Shown here piece by piece: positions 56,363-64,000 of a stretch of DNA of 64,000 bases (within the stretch, counting starts at the first letter, position 1; every line of letters begins with the position of its first letter). The notes beneath the pieces were generated by a model. It did no database searches. It saw only the letters and a list, made by a program, of their open reading frames with translations, and was not told where the DNA came from. The translations under genes were made by a program, and so were the position numbers. Source of the DNA: Dehalococcoidia bacterium (GTDB lineage: Bacteria > Chloroflexota > Dehalococcoidia > UBA2979); contig CAXXDN010000001.1 of NCBI GenBank assembly GCA_963667465.2, positions 608,001 to 672,000 of the forward strand, given 5' to 3'.

Positions 56363-57193
56363 CTAATGCTGCACGACTGCTCCGCCATCGACATTAATGC
56401 TCTGGCCGGTGATCCAGTTGCCCTGATCGCTGCACAGGTAGACCGTCATGTGGGCGATGTCCGAACCGTCCGAGGCGCGCCCCAGCGGCGTACCCGCCGC
56501 GACGCGCTCGTCCCAGATCCGGCCGCGCGGGATATCGTCCATGCGGAACGTGTCCACGGTACCCGGACAGATCGTGTTCACACGGATGTTATAGCGCCCC
56601 ATCTCCCCCGCCATGCAACCCGTCAGCGCATGGATACCTGCCTTGCTCGAGGCGTAGGCCGAGGCGTTCACGCTCAGCCGCTTCCCCGCGACCGAGGAGA
56701 TATTGACGATCGCGCCGCCCTCGTCCTGCTCGATCAGGTGCTGGCCGAAGTAGTGCGACATGTAAAAGGTGCCGTTGAGATTCACATCGATCACCCGCTG
56801 CCAGACCTCGATCGGGATCTCGACCGCGGGCGCGCGGTCTGGCCCGCGCGCAAACGCAGCGTTGTTGATCACAAAGTCGACCCGCCCGAACTCATCGAGG
56901 ATCCCCGCGAGCAGGGTCTGCACCGCGTCCGGCTTGCTCACGTCGCTGACGAGCGGCAGCGCGCGCTGGCCGGCGGCCTCGATCTCCTCGGCGACGGAAT
57001 GGATGTCGCGCCAGCCGGCTTCCTTTTCGTCGTCCGGGTAGCGCTCCGGCGGGCGGCCGGTGCCGGTGATCACGACGTCCGCGCCGGCCTTCGCCAGCTC
57101 GACGGCGATGCAGCGGCCGATCGAGCGCATGCGGCCCGCTCCGGTGACCACCGCTACCTTGCCCTCGAATCCCGTCAACTCGAGCCCGGCCAT
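56363..57193 (-). CDS. SDR family oxidoreductase
   Basis: TGAGRMRSIG, NNA, ISS, YASSK, PG, ITGQSINVDGG. Confidence 0.9.
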   Translation of the reverse strand: MAGLELTGFEGKVAVVTGAGRMRSIGRCIAVELAKAGADVVITGTGRPPERYPDDEKEAGWRDIHSVAEEIEAAGQRALPLVSDVSKPDAVQTLLAGILDEFGRVDFVINNAAFARGPDRAPAVEIPIEVWQRVIDVNLNGTFYMSHYFGQHLIEQDEGGAIVNISSVAGKRLSVNASAYASSKAGIHALTGCMAGEMGRYNIRVNTICPGTVDTFRMDDIPRGRIWDERVAAGTPLGRASDGSDIAHMTVYLCSDQGNWITGQSINVDGGAVVQH

Positions 57194-57205
57194 CCGGAAC
57201 CTCCC

Positions 57206-58243
57206 TCAGTACCCGCGATCGGGGTCGACGATGTTATGCAGCTCCTCGCCAGCAAGGTAGCGGCGCAGGTTGTCGCAGAAAATAGAGGTCGCGACCTCGT
57301 TGTAGTTCTCGTTCCCGCCGCTGATGTGCGGCGTGAGGATCACGTTGTCCAGCGCCCAGAGCGGGCTGTCCGCGGGTAGCGGCTCGCGATCGAATACGTC
57401 GAGCGCGGCCCCGGCGATGACGCCCTCGCGCAGGGCGCTGATCAGCGCTGGCTCGTCGACGACCTCGCCGCGCGCGATGTTGATCAGGTACGAGCGATCG
57501 CCGCGCGCGCCCATGGTGCGCAACTGCCCGGCGCCGATCATGCCGCGTGTCTCCTCGGTCAGCGGCATGGCAAGCACCACGTAGTCGCTCTCCGCCAGCA
57601 GCTCGTCGAGGTCGCCCGGCGGCAGCACCTCGTCGGCGATTGCGTCCGGGCCACGCTCGGTGACGGAGCGGCGGATCGCGAGGACGCGGCAGCCGATCGC
57701 CTTCGCGAGCCGCGCGCACTCGGCGCCGATCGCGCCCATACCGACGACGCCGACGGTCCGGTCGGAGAGGTTGCGCGGCATGACCATGCGGTCGTACAAC
57801 CCGGCGGCCTGGTTGCGCGCGAGTGCGGGCCAGCCCTTCTCGAACATCAGCATGTAGGTCAGCACGAACTCCGCGATCGGCGTGGCGTGCAGCCCACTCA
57901 CGTTCGTGAACGTCAGGCCGGCACGGATCAGATCCGGGTCGACGCGGTCCGCGCCCGCCGAGGTGAGCTGCACCCAGCGCAGCGTCCCGGGCAGGCTGTC
58001 GGGCCGCACGAGGTCGGGCATCGCGCCGCTCCAGAACCCGAACATCACGTCCGCCTCGGCGAGTGCCGCGCGGATCTCGTCGAGGGGTGTCGCCGCCTGC
58101 CGCTCGCTGGGAAAGCGCCTCTTGCCGCGTAGCGCGGCGAGCAGGTCCTGGCCGAGCACAGAGACCTCGACGCGCGGATCGACCGCGCGGATGCGCTCGG
58201 CCAGCTCCGGTTCGAGGGGGAAGGTGACGACGACGCGAGTCAT
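57206..58243 (-). CDS. D-2-hydroxyacid dehydrogenase
   Basis: SAGAD, GMGAIG, PLTEETRG, INIARG, ALDVF..EPL, TPHISG. Confidence 0.92.
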   Translation of the reverse strand: MTRVVVTFPLEPELAERIRAVDPRVEVSVLGQDLLAALRGKRRFPSERQAATPLDEIRAALAEADVMFGFWSGAMPDLVRPDSLPGTLRWVQLTSAGADRVDPDLIRAGLTFTNVSGLHATPIAEFVLTYMLMFEKGWPALARNQAAGLYDRMVMPRNLSDRTVGVVGMGAIGAECARLAKAIGCRVLAIRRSVTERGPDAIADEVLPPGDLDELLAESDYVVLAMPLTEETRGMIGAGQLRTMGARGDRSYLINIARGEVVDEPALISALREGVIAGAALDVFDREPLPADSPLWALDNVILTPHISGGNENYNEVATSIFCDNLRRYLAGEELHNIVDPDRGY

Positions 58244-59466
58244 CGCGACTCGTTTCCGCGCATGGTGAGCAGCGCGATGCTGGCGGTGAAACCGTGCACG
58301 AAGGTCTTGCCGCCCACGGGGCCGATCTCGCCGCTGCAGAACATCCCGGCGGTCGGCGTCGGACCCAGTGCCTGCTCGAGGGCCTGCGCGTCGTGGTGCG
58401 GCTCGCCGAAGAGGCCCTGGCCGCGGCCGTTGCAGGAGCAGAGCAGCGCGCCGAGCACGTGCTCGCCCGGCGTCAGCCGCGTGCGCAGGGCGCGCAGGTG
58501 CTCGCGCAGATCGAGATCGGCGGCGCTGGCGTCGCGGAACTGGAACTGCAGCGTCTGGCCGAGGCGTGGCGAGGCGTTGATTGCGATCGCGCCGCTCTCC
58601 CGGTCCCCGCCCATGATGTTGCGGATCAGGAAGTCGCCACGCGCGTGCTGATGGCGGTACTCGTCCATCGCGAGGCCCACCAGCAGGTTGCGCTGCGCCC
58701 GCTCCCGCGTCTCCAGGTCGAGCTCGGCGAGCGTCTCCTGCAGCACGACCAGCGCGGGGCGTGACCCGAGCCCGCGCACGAGGTTGCCCTCACACTCCGT
58801 GATCGTCCACGGCTGGCCGATCGGCTCGGCGCCCTGCGCGACGACGGTGTGGATGCCGAAGGCGCCGCCGATGCCGGCCAGCACCGCGCCGGAGTCGCGC
58901 ACCTCGCCGTCGAGGAAGACGGCGGTGTTGCGCTGCAGCGGCTGCGCCGAGGCGAGCCCGCCGAGCACCGTCGCGTCCTTCTGGCGCTGCTCGATCGCGC
59001 TCACCAGCGTCTCGACGTCCGTGGTGAACGGATCGGCGAAGAGCAGCCAGGCCTGCGCGGAGGCCGCTTCGACACGGTCGAGGGCGGCCCGGGCCTCCTC
59101 GTTCGAGCCGATCGCCAGGGTGCTGATCGTAGCGCCGGGCAGGCTGAGCGCGAGCAGCGAGATCGCGGGCTGGTCCTCGGCCTCGTGGCCGGGGCCGATC
59201 ACGCCCATCCCGCTCGCCCCGGCCAGCCGCCGCGCGCCGGTTCCGGTGCGCAGGCGTTCCAGCACCTCGCCGTAGTGGTCCGAGAAGCGTGCGTCGATGA
59301 AGGCGAGCGCGAGGTCCGGCTCGCCGTCGAAATCGAGCGTGGCGAGGACGGCGTCGCACGCCTCCTCCCAGCTGGCGCCAGTCTGCACCGCGGCCGCGGC
59401 GCGCGCCTGGTTCGCCTGCGTGGCGGCGCGTGCGCCGTCGCTCCGCGCCGCCTGCTCGCTCGTCAT
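58240..59466 (-). CDS. FIST (NosP-like) domain protein
   Basis: LFADPF, GGLAS, VAQG.EPIG, FLIRN, CSCNGRG, GMFCSGEIGP...FVHGFT. Confidence 0.88.
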   Translation of the reverse strand: MTSEQAARSDGARAATQANQARAAAAVQTGASWEEACDAVLATLDFDGEPDLALAFIDARFSDHYGEVLERLRTGTGARRLAGASGMGVIGPGHEAEDQPAISLLALSLPGATISTLAIGSNEEARAALDRVEAASAQAWLLFADPFTTDVETLVSAIEQRQKDATVLGGLASAQPLQRNTAVFLDGEVRDSGAVLAGIGGAFGIHTVVAQGAEPIGQPWTITECEGNLVRGLGSRPALVVLQETLAELDLETRERAQRNLLVGLAMDEYRHQHARGDFLIRNIMGGDRESGAIAINASPRLGQTLQFQFRDASAADLDLREHLRALRTRLTPGEHVLGALLCSCNGRGQGLFGEPHHDAQALEQALGPTPTAGMFCSGEIGPVGGKTFVHGFTASIALLTMRGNESR

Positions 59467-59494
59467 GGGTACCTCGTCCTGCTGCTTCGTGGCG

Positions 59495-60031
59495 CTACGC
59501 GAAGCTGCCGGCAATCGCGAGCGCGAGGCCGGTGACGATGGCTGCCGGAATCAGGCCGAGCACTGCCACGGCGATCGCCCGCCCGGTGCCGATGTCGAGC
59601 GCGGCCCGTACCGCGACGACCGTGGTGACCAGCACCCAGATGCCGACGATAGTGCCGACCAGGGCGTTGAGCACGGGCACGACGCCGATCAGCAGCAGGA
59701 TGCGCGGCGCGTTCGCGAAACCGAGCGTGCGCGCTACCTCGCCCCAGTCAGCGCTTGTCTCGGAGCCGGCGAGCAGTTTGGTGCCGATGAAGTAGGTGAC
59801 CCAGGCGTAGACGGCCCAGCCCACCAATCCGCCCAGGACCCCGAAGATCAGCCCGGCAACACCGAGCTCGCCGATAGCGGCGATGCCGCCGGCGATCGCG
59901 CCGAGGACGACGACGATGGCCGCCTGGGCGGTGGCGTCGCGGTCGTGCTCGACCTCCTCGTAGACGCTGCTGTCCAGGCGCGCCGCGCCGATCAGCCGAT
60001 CGACGAACGAGCGCTGTTCCAAGATCTCCAT
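59495..60031 (-). CDS. YIP1-like membrane protein
   Basis: R.IGAARLD..VYEEVEHD..AT.QA, R.LGFANAP, VVAVRAALD. Confidence 0.75.
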   Translation of the reverse strand: MEILEQRSFVDRLIGAARLDSSVYEEVEHDRDATAQAAIVVVLGAIAGGIAAIGELGVAGLIFGVLGGLVGWAVYAWVTYFIGTKLLAGSETSADWGEVARTLGFANAPRILLLIGVVPVLNALVGTIVGIWVLVTTVVAVRAALDIGTGRAIAVAVLGLIPAAIVTGLALAIAGSFA

Positions 60032-60237
60032 GTCCCCTCCCTGGGCTCAACGTTGCCGGGGGCGCATCGTGAGCCCCCGCGAGAGTGTATGTTGGCGGGC
60101 GCACGCGCGTACAACACCGGGGACGCGTCCCCGGACAGGCTCGCGCGAAGCCGTCCGACGCGGCACCATGAGCAGCCGCTGCTCCGCCCGGCGACGCGCG
60201 GGCGCGCGGGCTGCGGCGCAAGGCTGGGGGAAGCAAC

Positions 60238-61026
60238 ATGACGACTGCCTCAATGACGCACCAGGAGCTCACCATCGAGGTCGCAGGCGGCGAGGTGTTC
60301 GTTCGCACGGGCGGCAGCGGCGCCCCGCTCTTCGTGATCCATCACGACATCGGCGCGCACGCCTGGACGCCCTTCTACGAGCGCCTGGCGGAGCACTTTA
60401 CCGTCTACCTCCCGGACCTTCCCGGCTTCGGCAAGTCGCAGCGCCCGGAGTGGGCGCGCAACGTGCGCGACATCGTCGCGCTCGCCGGCCTGACGCTGGA
60501 CGAACTCGAACTGCCGAACGCGAGTGTCGTCGGTCTCGGCTTCGGGGGCTACGTCGCCGCCGAGCTGGCGACGACGGCCCAGGCGCGCATCAACAAGCTC
60601 ACGCTCGCCGGCGCGATGGGCGTCAAGCCCGAGCAGGGCGAGATCTTCGACCAGTTCCTCGTGAGCCACGAGGACTACGTGCGCCGCGGCTTCGCCAACG
60701 CGGGGTCGTTTGAGGATCACTTCGGCGAGGAGTCAGACATCGAGCAGTTGATGGTCTGGGACATCAACCGCGAGATGACGACGCGCGTCGGCTGGAAGCC
60801 GTACATGCACAACATGGCGCTGCCCTACCTGCTCCCCAGCGTGCACACACCGACGTTGCTGGTCTGGGGCAGCGCGGACACGATCGTCCCGGCGAACAGC
60901 GGCGCGCTCTACTCTGAGAAGCTGCCCGACGCCCGCCTCGAGATCATCGAGGGTGCGGGCCACTGGCTCGAGCTCGATCGCCCGGACGATCTCGCCCGCC
61001 TGATCGTGGAGCACGAAGGCCGCTAA
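60238..61026 (+). CDS. Alpha/beta hydrolase-fold protein lacking the nucleophile Ser
   Basis: PDLPGFGKS, VVGLGFGG instead of GxSxG, WG..D, GAGH. Confidence 0.82.
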   Translation: MTTASMTHQELTIEVAGGEVFVRTGGSGAPLFVIHHDIGAHAWTPFYERLAEHFTVYLPDLPGFGKSQRPEWARNVRDIVALAGLTLDELELPNASVVGLGFGGYVAAELATTAQARINKLTLAGAMGVKPEQGEIFDQFLVSHEDYVRRGFANAGSFEDHFGEESDIEQLMVWDINREMTTRVGWKPYMHNMALPYLLPSVHTPTLLVWGSADTIVPANSGALYSEKLPDARLEIIEGAGHWLELDRPDDLARLIVEHEGR

Positions 61027-61530
61027 CCCGTCCCGTCCGGTCCCGTCCCGGAGAGCGCGCTGCGCGCGCGCTCGGCCCGCCCACCCGCCCTCAATGGATG
61101 CGGGGCTACGCCCCGCGCCCCCTTCGTGGGGGCGCAGCCCCCCACACCCCCTCGGAAGTACCGGGCCGCCCCCGAGCTGCCGAGGCGTCGGCCCCCTCGC
61201 CCCTTGCGGGAGAGGGCGGAGGGTGAGGGGGAGGCGCGCAGCGCCCCCTCCGATGCCCGCCGGGCGAGAGCCCATCGAGGGCGCACGAACCTTCCGAGGC
61301 GAGCAGCAGCGGGGCGTGGGGGCGCAGCCCCCCCAACAGAAAGAAGAATGAAGGGCGGGTGGGTGGGCCGAGCGCGCGCGCTGCGCGCGCGCTCGTCCGA
61401 CGTCCGCTGGGCAAGAGCCTCCGGCGGCGCAACAGCCCATCGCTGCTCGTAGCGGCGTCGGGCGAGGGGCCCTCACCCCCGCCCTCTCCCCGGGGAGCAG
61501 AGGCAGGGGGAGCCGGTTGCGGCTGAAGAC
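61027..61530. repeat. Composite intergenic repeat island (families 1 and 2 plus a 30-bp inverted repeat)
   Basis: BoxC-like copies 61192-61231 and inverted 61470-61510; GGGGCGCAGCCCC copies 61126-61150 and 61311-61333; IR 61062-61091/61352-61381 (29/30). Confidence 0.8.
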
Positions 61531-61536
61531 GCGCTC

Positions 61537-61914
61537 CTACGCGGTGGGCAGCGGTGAGGCGAAGCTCAGTTCGTGCCCGTCCGGGTCCGTGAGGTGGAAG
61601 AAGCGCTCGCCCCAGGGCGCGTCGCGCGGCGGCGCATGCGGCCTGTATCCGAGCTCCAGCGCCCGCTCGTAGAGCGCAGCGACGTCGTGCGCGTAGAAGA
61701 TCACGCGCCCCCACCAGCCGGGCGGCTCGCCCTGCGCGATCAGGTTCAGGTAGCCCTCGCCCACGGCGAAGCTGGTGAACCCGGCGCCGGGGCCGCCGTA
61801 GCGCATTTCGAACCCGAGCGAGGCGTAGAACTCCACGGATCGGGCCATGTCCGCGGTCGCCAGCGTGACTGCGCTGATCCGCTCGATCGACCCCTCAGAA
61901 GCTGGTTCGGGCAT
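61537..61914 (-). CDS. VOC/glyoxalase family protein
   Basis: VTL...DMARS.EFY.SLG, DAPWGER.F...DPDGHEL. Confidence 0.9.
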   Translation of the reverse strand: MPEPASEGSIERISAVTLATADMARSVEFYASLGFEMRYGGPGAGFTSFAVGEGYLNLIAQGEPPGWWGRVIFYAHDVAALYERALELGYRPHAPPRDAPWGERFFHLTDPDGHELSFASPLPTA

Positions 61915-62056
61915 CCCGTCCGACCCTCTCGCAGGACGCGCGCGGCGCGACGCGCAGTCTAGCCTCGCGCGAGGTTGCGAGCCGCTTGCGCGAGAGCGTC
62001 CCGGGCGCGAACGTGATCATGGGAGATTTGAGCCGCCCGCGTCAGTGGGAAGCCCC

Positions 62057-62632
62057 GTGGAACTTGAGCTGTTCGTCCTGCCCGCCCTGATCTTCGGGGC
62101 CCGCATCGTGGACACCACGATCGGCACCGTGCGGATCGTGCTGCTCGTCGCCGGGTCGCGCTGGATCGCGGCGCTGCTCGGCTTCATCGAGGTGTGCATC
62201 TGGCTGGCCGCGACCGGCGGCGTGGTCGCGAACCTCGACGACCCGGAGCTAATCGTCGCCTACGCTGCGGGGTTCGCGGTGGGCGTGCTGCTTGGCGGCT
62301 GGCTCGAGGAGCGGATCGCGCTCGGCTACCGCGTGGTCCAGGTCATCAACAACGACCCGAAGATCAACATCGCCGCCCGGCTGCGCGAGCGCGGCTACCG
62401 CGTGACCCGCATCGAGGGCCACGGGATGGAGGGTCCGGTCGAGGTCTCGATGCTGCTGGTCCGCCGTCGCGGGCTGCGGCGCGTGCTGCGCATCATCCGC
62501 TGGCTCGCCCCGCGCGCCTTCGTCACGATCGAGCGCGCCGAGCGTCCGATCGGTTCGCTCGCCTCGCCGGAGCCCGGCCTGCTGCGCTTCCCGTGGTCGC
62601 CGCTCTTCCCGCTCGGCGGCGTCCGCAAGTAG
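62057..62632 (+). CDS. DUF2179/DUF5698 (UPF0316) membrane protein
   Basis: IF.ARIVDTTIGTVR, LGFIEV, YAAGFA.G, EER.ALG, LRERGY.VT. Confidence 0.85.
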   Translation: MELELFVLPALIFGARIVDTTIGTVRIVLLVAGSRWIAALLGFIEVCIWLAATGGVVANLDDPELIVAYAAGFAVGVLLGGWLEERIALGYRVVQVINNDPKINIAARLRERGYRVTRIEGHGMEGPVEVSMLLVRRRGLRRVLRIIRWLAPRAFVTIERAERPIGSLASPEPGLLRFPWSPLFPLGGVRK

Positions 62633-62641
62633 CTCCGGGCG

Positions 62642-62851
62642 CTACGAGGACGGCGCCCGCGGGGAGTTCTCGAAGCCGGCCGGGCGGTGCGTGCCGTCGC
62701 AGAACGGCTTGTTGTCCGAGTGGCCGCAGCGACAGAGCGCGACCGCGCTGCCCTCGAAGGGGAGCGCGTTGCCGTCCGCGTCCAGCACCTCGATGTCCGA
62801 GCCGCGGATCAGGTATGGTCCGTCGTCCCTCACCTGCACCTGGATCGCCAT
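62642..62851 (-). CDS. CDGSH iron-sulfur domain protein
   Basis: DGPY, ALCRCG.S.NKPFCDGTH. Confidence 0.93.
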   Translation of the reverse strand: MAIQVQVRDDGPYLIRGSDIEVLDADGNALPFEGSAVALCRCGHSDNKPFCDGTHRPAGFENSPRAPSS

Positions 62852-62889
62852 CTCGTCCTCCGTTCCTTGCCCCTGGAGGTCGCCCGGCC

Positions 62890-63375
62890 CTATTCGCCCG
62901 CCGGGGCTCCCTCGACTGCCACACCGGTCTCGACTGCCACACCGGTCTCGATCAGCTCGAGCACGCGCTCCCGCAGCGGCGGCTCATCGATCTTCACCGA
63001 CTTCACATCGTGCTCGTCCCAGCTGATCTTCGCCGCGCCGTGGAACTCCCTGGCGGCCTCGGAGACGAGCACTTCGCGCTCCTCCGCGTCCGGGATGCCA
63101 GCGGCCAGCTCGTCCCCGCAGAGCTCGCGGATGCGGTCGCAGAGCAGCTGGTGCTTCTCGATGTCGTACATCAGCTCGCCGATGACGCACTGGCCGTACT
63201 GCCAGACATCGAACTCCAGGCCCTCGCGCTCCCACTCCAGCATGCGCTTCGGCGGGACCGGGTAACGCTCCAGCTCGGAGCGGATCCAGATGTCCTCGGG
63301 GTCGCGGCCCTCGCGACGGAAGAGCAGCGAGACGCGCGCCATGCCGTCGCCCTTGTATTGAATCTCCGTGCGCAT
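62890..63375 (-). CDS. Hypothetical acidic protein
   Basis: 161 aa ORF with GGAGG RBS, co-oriented with the CDGSH gene; no family recognised. Confidence 0.65.
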   Translation of the reverse strand: MRTEIQYKGDGMARVSLLFRREGRDPEDIWIRSELERYPVPPKRMLEWEREGLEFDVWQYGQCVIGELMYDIEKHQLLCDRIRELCGDELAAGIPDAEEREVLVSEAAREFHGAAKISWDEHDVKSVKIDEPPLRERVLELIETGVAVETGVAVEGAPAGE

Positions 63376-63523
63376 CACCGCACCTCCGGTCCGGCCGCGG
63401 CGCGCGCGCGCCCGGGGCCCGTCGCTCACTCTAGCACCCCGCGAGGGGTCGCCGGCGCGCTCCGGCGCCTCGGCGGCCGCGCTCGTGCGCCATGTATAGT
63501 GACGCCGCGCAAGGGGGGTTGCC

Positions 63524-64000
63524 ATGGCGCTCACGTTCTCGTTCACCACGCCGATCTACCTGAAGTTCTTCAACCCGGACTGGGTCAGCCCGGACTCGCT
63601 GGTCGAGCTGGCGCACATCGGCGAGGAGGTCGGTTACGACGAGATCGCCGTCTTCGACCACTTCCTCGAGCCGCCCGAGTGGCAGCCGTCCTACGCGACG
63701 AACAGCTACGACCCGATGCCGCTGCTCGGCTTCCTCGCGGCCCACACCAGCGAGATCGGCATCGCCTCCGCGACGATCAACATCCCCTACCGCCACCCCG
63801 CCGTGATGGCGAACGAGCTGGCGACGATCGACAAGCTCTCCGGTGGCCGCCTCTGCATCGGCCTCGCCGCCGGCTACCTCGCCGAGGAGTACGACACGCT
63901 CGCGCTGGACTTCGCGAATCGCGGCGCGATCGCCGACGAGTACCTCGCGGCGATGATCGAGCTGTGGACCAACGAGTACGCCTCCTTCTCCGGCGAGTAC
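63524..64000 (+). CDS. LLM class flavin/F420-dependent oxidoreductase, 5' part (runs off window)
   Basis: MALTFSF..., EEVGYD...FDH, DP...LGFLAAHT, PYRHP, ATID.LSGGRL..G; upstream TATAGT. Confidence 0.88.
   Translation, partial: MALTFSFTTPIYLKFFNPDWVSPDSLVELAHIGEEVGYDEIAVFDHFLEPPEWQPSYATNSYDPMPLLGFLAAHTSEIGIASATINIPYRHPAVMANELATIDKLSGGRLCIGLAAGYLAEEYDTLALDFANRGAIADEYLAAMIELWTNEYASFSGEY

Overview
A GC-rich, gene-dense 64 kb chromosomal segment. Its gene content (many luciferase-like oxidoreductases, SnoaL/NTF2 proteins, MaoC hot-dog pairs, paired acyl-CoA dehydrogenases) suggests a Chloroflexota/Dehalococcoidia (SAR202-like) bacterium; this is inference only. Core content: the end of a Zn/Mn ABC transporter, a stand-alone GltD-like flavoprotein, a phaJ-like/acyl-CoA mutase/phaB-like cluster, a sufR-sufCBD-Rieske-sufSUT operon, LonC protease, menFDHBAC, pncAB and many catabolic oxidoreductases and hydrolases. 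Unusual content: (1) a frameshifted DUF559 endonuclease gene enclosed by a 40/42-bp inverted pair of CCCTCTCCC..GGGAGAGGG (BoxC-like) repeats, with extra copies around it and a gene-less inverted pair 35 kb away, which resembles a REP/RAYT-style system built on a nuclease; (2) a toxin-antitoxin-SecB chaperone (TAC) locus with a perfect palindromic operator and a degron-like antitoxin tail; (3) five tandem SnoaL/NTF2 genes followed by two recently duplicated luciferase-like genes; (4) a candidate structured RNA leader before the suf operon; (5) several eroded gene remnants in intergenic gaps (higB, RimL-type GNAT, antitoxin, FlaR-like kinase); (6) secreted proteins with PPC/matrixin domains and an unrecognised C-terminal repeat. 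I saw no rRNA, tRNA, CRISPR array, transposase or integrase. All calls come from reading motifs by eye; no searches were run.
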